This document shows positions 24,965 through 36,630 of a DNA stretch of 64,000 bases, piece by piece; positions within the stretch are counted from its first letter, which is position 1; every line of letters starts with the position of its first letter. Origin of the DNA: Eledone cirrhosa (Eukaryota); the NCBI GenBank assembly GCA_964016885.1, contig OZ024748.1:27218001-27282000 (forward strand), read 5' to 3'. The translations under genes were made by a program, and so were the position numbers. A model generated the notes under the pieces. The model was given only the letters and a program-made list of their open reading frames with translations, ran no database searches and had not been told where the DNA came from.

Positions 24965-26162
24965 TAGCAGCAGGACCCGGTGTTGCACGGGGTAGGAAAC
25001 GTGAAATAGAAACACGCACATGCAAAGATTGAGGAACGTAGCTGTGTACTTTTTGAATTCCCTTATTCTCAGGGAAAGATTGTTCATCTACTGGAAACGT
25101 AGAACACCAGCAGGCCCGAATCATGAAACATCTGCATGCATGTGCAAAATCTGAAGAAAATCAGCTGGATACTCTTTAAGCGTACTAAATCTTAGAGTAT
25201 GATTTTTCTTGCATTTGGAGAAAATCGGTTAGGTACTTTTTGAGTTTTATAGATTCGTACCCAGTCATCAGGACAGACATCATCTGAATGAGAGACGTAG
25301 TCAATTGTATGAAAACAAAGTAGGGATTTACGTTTAAGTAGGGATATTGAGATGACGAAATCAGCGTTGCAACACAGCTGCAGCAGAAGGGGGTCATAGT
25401 GCAATTAGCACATACGGTGGGCGGCACTGGTTGCACTGCGTTTACGCAGCAACAAAGGTGCGACAAAAGGGGTCACCGCGGAATTAGCACAACCGCTGTT
25501 CGGCGTACTTGCGCAGGACGTTCATACTGCGGTGTAGGTGCGACAAAAGGGGGCTTAGTAGAGGTAGCACAGACGTGAGTTTTACGGCAACGTACACAGG
25601 GCCCGGATTTGCGCGTGATGAAAGCACGAAGCGTCAACAGGGCGCCGACAAAAATTTTAAGGTCCTCCTCATTTCCTCAATCCCCCGAAAACGGTCCTGC
25701 TTAAAAGTAATTAAGTGTTGTGTCCTCTGTTAAATAAACCAAATTTTTAACGAAATATTATACGATACGATGTTTAAGTAGGGTTTATATTGAAAATGAA
25801 AATGGCATATAATGTCCAATGCTAATTCGTAAATTTCCTAGAAACCATTAATGAAATCGGAAAATGTTTTGTTCACAGCAATGCGTGGGGACTAATGTGT
25901 TCTGCAAATTTCGTGGAAATCGGCTGGATTATCTTTAAGTTACGCCTCAAAAAAGCCTAAAAATGCCTTTAAAATGCGGTTTTACGCCTAATGCGGGCCT
26001 TAGAGTTGAAAAAATTAAAATGTTTAGCCCATTGCACTTCAAGAAATATAAGTAACGCATGTGTAAAGTTTGAAAAAAATCGGTCGGGTACTTCTCGAGT
26101 TTTAGGGATTTACACAGATCGACAGACAGACAGACATCCTCTGTTTTATATATAGAGAGAGA
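24964..26162 (-). mobile_element. Non-autonomous Helitron
   Basis: Minus strand starts A|TCTCTCTATATATAAAAC with a (CTGT)n tract, ends with GC-rich hairpin accccgtgcaacaccgggt then CTAG|T; no TSD. Confidence 0.72.
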
Positions 26163-26661
26163 TGATATATATATATATATATATGATATATATATATATG
26201 ATATATATATGATATATATATATATATATGATATATATATGATATATATATATGATATATATATATATATATGATATATATATGATATATATATATATAT
26301 ATGATATATATATGATATATATATATGATATATATATATATATATGATATATATATGATATATATATAAATATATATGATATATATATATATATATGATA
26401 TATATATGATATATATATATATATATATATGATATATATATATATATATATGATATATATATGATATATATATATATATATATATATGATATATATCTGA
26501 TATATATATGATATATATATATGATATATGTATGATATATATATGATATATATATATATATATATATGATATATATATATATATGATATATATATGATAT
26601 ATGATATATATATATATATATATGATATATATATGATATATATATATATATGATATATATA

Positions 26662-26698
<37 letters not shown>

Positions 26699-26737
26699 AT
26701 ATATATGATATATATATATATATATATGATATATATA

Positions 26738-26775
<38 letters not shown>
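26160..26775. repeat. (GA(TA)n) compound microsatellite, similar tract at 24770-24962
   Basis: Seen directly; both tracts flank the Helitron. Confidence 0.95.
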
Positions 26776-26780
<5 letters not shown>

Positions 26781-27067
26781 CATGAGAAGAAAGAAGAATA
26801 CTGCGTGGTTGCACATGGGTTACATATGATAAAATTAGTCCTTCGTCAGTGATTTGACAACCATCATTGGTATTTCATCGCATTAAAAATCAGATACCTC
26901 AGGTTGGTGCGAGCAATAACTAAAAAAAGTTATTGGGACCAGTAAATCGCCTAAAGCGAGGGGGACAAGTAAACAACATAGAAAGATAAAAGCAAACCAA
27001 AGATAGTAAAATAAACAAGCAACATGGTTGTCCGGTCAGCATAAACTGGGTGGATTTCATGAGCGAT

Positions 27068-27124
<57 letters not shown>

Positions 27125-27271
27125 ATAAAAATACTTGAGTGCATTAGAGTTAAACACACTCGTCGTATTAGAGAAATGAGAGTATAAGATATAGCTCAAT
27201 GTTATCCAACAGAGCCGAAAAATTATATAAAAAATAAACAAAGAAACTTTTAATTCATCAAACATTTTTAA

Positions 27272-27316
27272 TTGCTGACAGTGTTTCGTCCCATTAATAA
27301 GGACTCATCAGAGCAA
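27272..27316 (-). ncRNA. Minimal type-I hammerhead ribozyme
   Basis: Minus strand: UUGCU CUGAUGA GUCC uuauuaaug GGAC GAAA C acu GUC^ AGCAA; full core, 5-bp stem I, stem II, GUC cleavage triplet. Confidence 0.85.
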
Positions 27317-28440
27317 GGAAAAAGACAAGAAGTATTAACGGCCAGAACAAGCCAAAACTCAGAAGAACAGCTAATGGATATTTATGAAAATTTGGGAAAA
27401 TTATCATGGAAAGACATGCTAAATCTAATAGGGTGCATTTGTAAATAAAGACTATAGGGCAAGAGAGCAGGCAAGACATTAAATAAACCCACGTTAGAAG
27501 TACAATATAAGTCTAATACTTGAAATACAACATAGTAATACAATGTGAGAATTATAATATACAATACAATACAATAGATAATACAGAAATAAAACTTAAT
27601 ATAATCAATAGCAAGGGAAAAAGCTTAAGACATATTTACACGATAAATTCAAGGTGTCCTTGAATTTATCGTGTAAATATGTCTTAAGCTTTTTCCCTTG
27701 CTATTGTGTGCCTGCTATTGAAATATTAATGTTAATATATAATATTATATTATATGTATTTGAATTATAAGTATGTGTCCGGTATTGAAATATTAATATA
27801 TAATATCATATGGATTTGAACTGCCTATATCTCCGTATATTTATTGTCTATTATATATATTTATATATATTTTTCCACCGGACTTTATATTATTATATGG
27901 TATTATTATTATTTTTAACCCTGTGAAATACATTATATTTTTATACACATTTAGTTGACTTTACATGATACGTAGGATGAATTTTTATATATTTTTTTAA
28001 TGTCAATATATTATTTTCATTGATTTTGGTATTGTTTAATCACACCGTCAGGGTGATTATTCTATTATAATGCTTATATTTATATTTGTGTTATTATGTG
28101 TATGTGTAAATGTGTATATATATATGTGCCAGAGTGAGTGTGGATGTATATATATATATATATTAAGTTTTATTTCTGTATTATCTATTGTATTGTATAT
28201 TATAATTCTCACATTGTATTACCATGTTGTATTTCTAGTATTGGGCTTATATTGTACTTCTAACGTGGGTTTATTTAATGTCTTGCCTGCTCTCTTGCCC
28301 TATAGTCTTTATTTACAAATGCACCCTATTAGATTTAGCATGTCTTTCCATGATAATTTTCCCAAATTTTCATAAATATCCATTAGTTGTTCTTCTGAGT
28401 TTTGGCTTGTTCTGGCCGTTAATACTTCTTGTCTTTTTCC

Positions 28441-28485
28441 TTGCTCTGATGAGTCCTTGTTAATGGGACGAAACAATGTCAGCAA
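28441..28485 (+). ncRNA. Minimal type-I hammerhead ribozyme
   Basis: UUGCU CUGAUGA GUCC uuguuaaug GGAC GAAA C aau GUC^ AGCAA; predicted cleavage after 28480. Confidence 0.85.
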
Positions 28486-28527
28486 TTAAAGATTTTTGAT
28501 GAATTAAAGGCTTCTTTGTTTATTTTT

Positions 28528-28595
<68 letters not shown>

Positions 28596-29557
28596 TCATC
28601 ATCATCATTTTACGTCTACTTTTCCTTGCTTGCAATGGTGGGACGAGTCCTCTTCAGTACAGTTTCTCTCCATTCATCATCTCCTCTGTGAGCTTTAGCG
28701 ATCTGATGTCAGCTTTTACCACCTCCGCCCATGTTTTTCGTGGTCTTCCTTCCACCGAGATTTCTTGACACTTCTTCACTCAGTGGTTATCTTCCATGCA
28801 CATCACATGTCCATAACAACGCAGTCTTCTCTCCTGTACACTACGGTTTATTCCTCTTATACACAGTTTCACTTTCAACTCGTCCATATATATATATATA
28901 ATTGTTTCTACTTTTGGCACAAGGCCAGCAATTACCCAGTACATTACTGGTATTTTATTTTATCGACCTCGTAAGGATGAAAGGCAAAGTTAACCTCGGC
29001 GGGATTTGAACTCAGGGAAGTTATTCCCCGTTCGTCTTATTTATAAATACACTTTATCCAGCAACCACACAGCTCCTGTTTCTTCTAAAATATTTTTTAT
29101 CAAGCTTTGCTGTGACCTGTTCTCTCTTTCTCCTTATCTACTTTGTTGCTATTAACTCCCTCTCTCTGCTAGCTACCCCGCTGCTTCCGGTGTTTCTCAC
29201 GCCTGTCTCTTTTTCACCTTCTCTTGCGTAGGTCAAACCTGTTTTTCTCTCCGTCCACAGTCTCGGTCCAGTAGCTGATGTTGACTTTAACTTTTTCTCT
29301 CTCCTTGGTTGCTCACATACATGTGCTTTCGTGTTTCCCTCTTCGATATGTTGTTTTCCGTTTTTTCCCTTTTTTTGCCCTTCTGTTATATATTTTTTCT
29401 CTCCACCCCCAATAATTTCCTTTAGCTATTGACGCACTAGAGCTAGACATATTGTCTTCAATGCGTAAAAATCTCCAGCAGACAACTGATGAAGGGAAAT
29501 TATCCCCCGTTCGTGCTTTCCTCTTATTTATAAATACATTTTATACAGCCCCTGTTT

Positions 29558-29635
<78 letters not shown>

Positions 29636-30069
29636 CGATGGAGTTGTGGTAAGAAACCAGATGGACCTTAACGCACCAGAGTACTCAATACTTAGGGTAG
29701 TAGAGTAGGTAATAGGAAAATGTATGACCCCGATGGCAGAGCTCAAGCCGTTTTGATGGCTATTTTAATATATATATATATATTAAAATAACAGATTAAA
29801 GTTTAAGCCAAGAATATATATATATAAGAATATATATATATATATGTGTGTGTACAAGCACACATGACTTATTATTATAGTTCATTTTCCATATTTCCTT
29901 ATCAGTTCTTTGATTGGAACAGTTCCTTCCCATGATCATTTCAAGTCATTCTTCTTGGCCTCCTTACCAAACTAAACAAAATACAAATAAGGAAAATAGA
30001 TAATATAAACAGTTTCATAAGGTAGTTTACACACGAACAAACTCCTGTCTTTATACATATATATATATA

Positions 30070-30620
30070 TCATCATCATTTTACGTCCGCTTTTCCTTGT
30101 TTGCAAGTGTAGGACAGGTCTTATTAAGCACGGCATCTCTCCATTCGTCATGGTTCCTTGTCACCTCCTCCGTGAGCTTCAGCGATCTGACGTCCGCCCT
30201 CACCACCTCCGCCCATGTTTTTCGTGGTCTTCCTCTACTGTGTCTTCCTTCTACTGGGATTTCTTGGAACTTCTTTACCCAGCGGTCATCCTCCATGCGC
30301 ATCACATGTCCATACCAACAGTCTTCTCTCCCGCACAATACAGCCTATCCCTCTTATACTCAGTTTCTCTCTCAACTCGTCTATGTTTGTTCGTTCACAC
30401 ACATTGACATTGTACATCCAACGGAGCATACTTGCTTCATTTCTCTCCAGCTGTAGCATATCCTCTGCAGTTGCTGCCCATGTTTCACTACCATGCAGCA
30501 TCGCGCATTTCACACAGGCATCATATAACCGGCCTTTCGTTCGTAGGGAGAAACTCTTCTTTGTAAACAGAGGAAGCAGCTCCCTAAACTTCTTCCAACT
30601 CGTCTTTATTCTGGAAACTA
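30070..30620 (-). mobile_element. RTE LINE 3' fragment (similar fragments at 28590-28885, 42025-42190, 57560-58090, 59940-60260)
   Basis: MLHGSETWA...ERNEASMLRWM...WYGHVMRMEDD...GRPRKTW, homologous to the 22127-24550 element, with (GAT)n tail. Confidence 0.85.
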
Positions 30621-30778
30621 TGGCCTATGAACTATATAATGTTCTGGTCTGATGACCCTATGATAAACAGATGAAATTCCAGAGTAACAAAGACTCACCA
30701 TTTAGCTATAATAAAATGAATATTTAAACTCTACTTCAGTGTTGAGTACCCTTTTCTCTTAGCCGTCTGTATATATAT

Positions 30779-31160
30779 GGAGGCACATGGCTTAGTGGTT
30801 AGAGCATTGGGCTTGCAATCGAAAGGTTGTGAGTTCAATTCTCAGACCGGGTGATGTGTTGTTTCCTTGAGCAAGACACTTTATTTCACATTGCTCCAGT
30901 TTACTCAGCTGTAGAAATGAGCTGATAGGACTGGGGTCCCTATCATTCCACTGCAAAGTGATTGTGAAGGTGCCACGGCAAAAAAAACACCCAACCCAAA
31001 CTGTAAAGTGGACGTTTGGTGCCACGGAAAAAAGCACCCAGCACTCACTGTAAATGAGGTTGGTGTTAGGAAGGGCATCCAGCTGTAAAAATCAAGCCAG
31101 AATCAGTTCCCGTCCCACCCTTGCAAGCAGGGAAAAGCGGACGTAAAATGATGATGATGA
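30779..31160 (+). mobile_element. tRNA-derived SINE, family 2, with RTE-type 3' tail
   Basis: Box A tggcttagtgg, box B gagttcaattc, central ccttgagcaagacacttta core, tail matching 24330-24550. Confidence 0.85.
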
Positions 31161-31167
31161 AAATGAT

Positions 31168-31519
31168 ATCATCATCATCATCATCATCATCATCATTTTA
31201 CGTCCACTTTTCCCTGCTTGCAAGGGTGGGACGGGAACTGATTCTGGCTTGATTTCTACAGCTGGATGCCCTTCCTAACACCAACCTCATTTACAGTGAG
31301 TGCTGGGTGCTTTTTTGCTGTGGCACCTCCATGACCACTTTTGCAGTGGAATGATAGGGACCCCAGTCCCTATCATCTCATTTCTACAGCTGAGTAAACT
31401 GGAGCAATGTGAAATAAAGTGTCTTGCTCAAGGAAACAACACATCACCCGGTCTGAGAATTGAACTCACAACCTTTCAATTGCAAACCCAATGCTCTAAC
31501 CACTAAGCCATGTGCCTTC
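31168..31519 (-). mobile_element. SINE family 2, inverted copy tail-to-tail with the previous one
   Basis: Reverse complement of 30779-31160 lacking one ~45-bp internal repeat; partial copies at 53595-53815, 59655-59830, 63535-63720. Confidence 0.85.
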
Positions 31520-32492
31520 ATATGTATATATGTGTGTGTGTGTGTTGGAATTAGGTCGTTAAAGTATGTTGGTGTGCCCTGAGACTGATATTATTGTGTT
31601 ACTACAACAACCCCCTCAGTCTCCTCATCTCCCACCCCCAACTACATTCTATCCGCCCACTTTCACCGTGAAATATGTGTGTTCTACAGAAGTCTACATT
31701 ACTGTTGTACAGTGAAATAATTGTTTCTACTTTTGGCACAATTATCCCAGTGCATTACTGGTACTTTATTTTATCGACCCCCGTAAGGATGAAAGGCAAA
31801 GTTTAGTTCGACGGGATTTGAACTCAGACCGTAAAGGGCCGTAACTCTGTGCCACAGTGAAATAATTGTTTCTACTTTTGGCACAAGGCCAGCAATTACT
31901 CAGTGCATTACTGGTACTTTATTTTATCGACCCCCGTAAGGATGAAAGGCAAAGTTAACCTCGGCGGGATTTGAACTCAGACCATAAAGGACCGTAACTC
32001 TATGCTGCAAAGCATGGTGTCCGACTCTAATGACAGACTATCAGCAAGGACTGTTGAGAAACCTAAGACGTCTTTGTTTTAAAACGCTCCAACAAAAGAA
32101 TAAATAAAACACAAAACAACAAAAAAACAACGAATGAATTCTGCCCTTTCCACCCACCCATTCGCACCATTAAAATACTGCTTTTTGAAACATAGACGTT
32201 CATATATCGAATAGGGTATGTAGCCGGCAAACCTTAAAGGGAAGCAACACATCATTTTTATAAAATACATGGATCAGTAGCAATTAAGGGAGATAACTCC
32301 CATAATATCAGAAGATTCTAAATTTTCGTGGAAGACGATACAGTGAGGAGTGGATTCACTCCTCACTGTATTGTCTATTTCCTGCTACTTCAAGCCTTAA
32401 ACTAATACATTTCTTAGATGTACTGTGTCGTTTGCTTTGTTATTTCTATTTCACATACAGGCAGACAGATACAAATAGATGTTAGCGCGCGC

Positions 32493-32551
<59 letters not shown>

Positions 32552-33779
32552 TATGTATTCGTGTATATGGTGTGTTGAGCACATGACACAAGAAAAATAT
32601 ATCCTGAAGTTGTAATACGATATTCTTAGTACTACTAACCACTTATATAACATCTAGTGTAATGGTAGTGATTGTAATGATGGTGGTGGTGGTGGTTTTG
32701 TGGTGGAGATACTAGTTGTGGTGGTGGAGGTGGTGGATGGAGATACGGACTGTGGAGGTGGTGGTGGTGGAGGTGGTGATGATAATGGTGGTGAGATACT
32801 GGCGGCGACAGTTGTGATGTAAGCTAGTTTAGATTTCAAAAGTTTAGCATTAACACGTATTTTAATAGCAGGGGCTGCGTTCAACGTTGTTACAGCTATA
32901 AGCAATCCACTGCTATCTCTAGCAAATTGAGCAGCCATGTTGAAACCAGAGACTCTCCAGTCGTGACCATCTCATGTGTCTTTCGTTTTCAACTATAGTA
33001 ACTCTTGGATTATTGTGTCTTTCAAGTCAATAGAGTATAAGTTGAGGGTGGTTTGGCTGCCACCCTACTATACCCTCATACACCACTACACCCCCACAAC
33101 TGGCTCCTATACCACACTACATTTTCCTACACACCACTACACTCTCCTACACCACTACACCCCACAACTGGCTCCTATACCACACTACATCTTCATACAC
33201 ACCACTACACTCTCATCAAAGTATGTAGTGTTTGTAGGTCATGTCAGAAGAAGGTCACCAATGAAGGAGAGAGAGAAAGAGAGGTGTGGGAAAGTGGGAG
33301 AGAGAAGAGGAAGAGAGGATGTGTGTGTGTGAGAGAGAAGAGGAAGAGAGGATGTGTGTGTGAGAGAGAGAAGAGAAAGAGTGAGGTGTGAAAGTGACAA
33401 AAAATAGAGGAGCTGTGTGTGTATGAGAGAGAGAGAGAGAGTAATCCTATACATGCACCCCGTTCTCCCAAATAAAATACTTACAACTTGCAGTTTGGAA
33501 AACTGACAAACCTACTTTTTGACATTTCTTGCTTTGACCATATTAAGAAAATTACTAAGCCTGCATTTTCTACAACACAGTCCACACTCACCCACACCAA
33601 ATATCAGGTCATAACACCATACAATCCTCTAAGACATTCCCAAAACACTGCTGTGAGGCAACATATTTAGTGATTTATTTATTGATCACAGAAAATTATG
33701 TATTCAATTAAATTAGACACATTTGTATAAAAGTGTGATCTTTTGAGGTTGACTAATGCTTCCCTCACTGAGTTGTGCC

Positions 33780-34510
33780 CTAGGTGGCTGCCTAGTTGTT
33801 CTTAATGGTAGCATTAGTCCTGAATAAAAGTGTGATCCTTTAAGGTTCAGTAATGCACCCACCAGTGGTCTGTGTTTGTAGGTGGTTGCTTAGATAAGCT
33901 TAATGGTAGCACCAGTCTTGTCAAAAACTGTGATCCTTTAAGGTTCAGTAATGTACCCATCTTAGGTCTGTGTCCTAGGTGGCTGCATAGTTGGCCTTAA
34001 TGGTAGCGTCGACCTTGCCAGATACAATAAAAGTTATAGATGGAAAGAAATGGTGCTGATTTGGGACAAGGAGAAAGATGATGAGCATAGAGAAAAGAAA
34101 AAAAAAGTCAAAAGTAGAAAGAGCTGATTATTAAGTAAGACATGGAAGTAATGTTTCTATTGATCTTTTCTTTGCTGATATTATCTGTCTATCAATCATC
34201 AGATCGGACCCATTGCTGATATTATCTACCAGTCATCAGATCAGACCAAAGAAACAATGTTTCCATTGGTCTTTCCATTGCTGATACAATCAGTTGCTCA
34301 CAACTACTGGCAGAAGAAAAAAGCTGATCATCAGATTAGACCAAGGAAACAATGTTTCCATTGGTCTTACTATTGCTGATACTATCTGCCAGTTGTCAGA
34401 TCATTGGTCTTCCTATTGCTGATATTATCTGCTGGTTATCAGATCGGACCAAAGAGACAATGTTTTCATTGGTTTTTCCATTGCTGATACCACATGCTGG
34501 TTACAACTCC
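33780..34510. repeat. Two degenerate tandem arrays (about 70-bp units at 33780-34010; atcagatcggaccaaagaaacaatgtttccattg units at 34170-34510)
   Basis: Seen directly. Confidence 0.65.
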
Positions 34511-34916
34511 TGGAAGAAAAAACAAAAAACATAAAATAAAATATTTTGCTGAAGTACACAGTGCACTATTTGGTCCAGGAATCGAACCCATGAATTGTGA
34601 GTCCAAATCTCCAACCACTAGGCTATGTACGTCCACGAAAAGAATAATGCTTTCGAATTTAGGCATGCCCCGACAGGGAGAGTGTAGGCAAAGTTGGCCT
34701 CGGTGGAATTTGAACTCAGAATATAAAGGGCCGGAAGAACTACTGCAAATCATTGCTCCATTATTCAACATTCTAACAATAAAGTAATGTATGTGCAAGA
34801 ATGTGTATAACAGAGAGAGAAACTTTGTTAGCCACTTGCGAAAACTAGGTTTGAAAAAAAAGTGAGAGAATACATACACACTCACACACATATACATATC
34901 TGTGTGTGTGTGTGTA

Positions 34917-34972
<56 letters not shown>

Positions 34973-35077
34973 TATATAAGGGGCTCATTCTACTGACATG
35001 GCTTTAAAATTGAGGCTTGTTTGCATAATTGCAAACGAATCGAATATTATTATTAATATTCGAAAAACTCAGATTAC

Positions 35078-35179
<102 letters not shown>

Positions 35180-35200
35180 GTGTGTGTGTGTGTGTATATA

Positions 35201-35699
35201 TGTAGCCACGTGGTTAGTCAGTCTAGTCACTACTTCTGATCAGATCCGAGAATAGCTCTTAGAAGGACTGTTATCGCATACGGTCTGATCAGATCTGAAG
35301 ATAGCCCTTAAAAGGACTGTTGTCGCATATAACCCTTAAAAGAACTGTTGAGGATGGACAGACGAAAGCACAAGTTGAATGGACGAAGCAAGGCGAGATG
35401 TAAATTTGATCAGCTATTTATTTTCACATGAAGCGACGATACGAGGTACAAGGCGTGTGTGAGTGACAAAGCGTGGCAGAGGCGAGGAACAACGATGCGC
35501 TAGCTGACTCTGCCAAAAGTCGACTAGCGAAGTGTTAGGAACCACTCTATTTATATAGAAACAATCGTTTGATGTTTAGCCGATGTGTAGGCGTTTATTC
35601 TGGTAGGTTTTAAGGGTTCTTTTGTTTCACGGTGAGGTAGCTAGCTAACAGGTAGATGGCGCTGTATATTTCACAGATGTTATTTCCGGTGGATGTACA
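35201..35699 (-). repeat. Gypsy 3' LTR (499 bp)
   Basis: TGTACATCC...GGCTACA on minus; preceded by polypurine tract GGCAGGGGGATAA (35700-35712). Confidence 0.92.
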
Positions 35700-36630
35700 T
35701 TATCCCCCTGCCAGATATTTTGTACAACAAAAGAGCGAAATATCGTATAGTAATGGGCCAATGGTGCATTTGTCATGACAATAGCCCCAGGAGTGTCCAG
35801 CATGTTGTGAAATTTTGTGATCATCGAGTACAGGACAGAGTCGATGTAGAGATGATATGGCAAGATATGTGTGTCAGGAAGTGAAAAAAGAAATAAACTA
35901 TAAAATGACTTTGACCAGATTTATGCAGGCGTGATGAATGAGCCTGTTGCAATTTGGGTTGAGCTGCCTGTGAATTGCGTGACAAAAAGTCTAACTGGGC
36001 AGTGAAGATAACTGTAATGTGTGAACTGAATGGCCGAAGCATGCTGCCTAAAAGTAACAGTTTGCTCCACAGCATATAACTTGAGCGAATGCATGTATTA
36101 AAAAAAAAGCGAGGCATTCTCGAGCTATTGAGTGAATGTGTACGTGAAAACAGAAGGCCAGTGTTTTGAGGATGCGATTTGTGAAGTGCGTGATCAAAGA
36201 GAAAACATTTTGTAGTGTAAGAGTTAGAGGGACAAAAATATCTATTGATCCGTGTATGAACCAAAAGGTGAAACAAACGTGGTTTTGTAGTGTGCATGAA
36301 AAACAGAATATGTACACGCCTTGTATGTATATAAAAATTATGACAATTACACAATCAATGTTACAGAACAATAAAAATAAAAATGTTTGCAAAACAAGAG
36401 AGAGAAGAAAAAAAATGTTATACACAATACTATACACAATGTTTGTTCTTAAATAGTGTTTGTAATAAATAATGTTCATTATAAATAATGTTCTTCGTGA
36501 CATGAGCACATGGTCACTAAAAATTGCAATTGTTCAAGCAGAAAGTTCATTGTATTTGAAACTGGAAATAGTAAACACAAGAAAAATGGAAATGTTTTGC
36601 ACGAAGAATGATTAAGAAACTCACTTGAGG

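Larger units (their letters stand above)
27226..28535. mobile_element. Fold-back Penelope-like terminal repeat pair (inverted arms about 27226-27600 and 28160-28535)
   Basis: Arms are reverse complements (near-identical mirror ORFs in the track); each has a hammerhead; perfect hairpin at the inversion junction 27606-27707. Confidence 0.75.

Noticed and set aside
30779-30852. tRNA gene
   Set aside because: tRNA-like head continues into a SINE body and tail, and the acceptor stem is not intact.
33485-33670. Apparent minus-strand exon ending in a gtaagtat donor
   Set aside because: No convincing frame, and the sequence is homologous to the repeat at about 48040-48250.
35821-36509. ORFs in the Gypsy 3' region as an env-like gene
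   Set aside because: Low-complexity AT-rich translations with no signal peptide, fusion or TM architecture that I can support.
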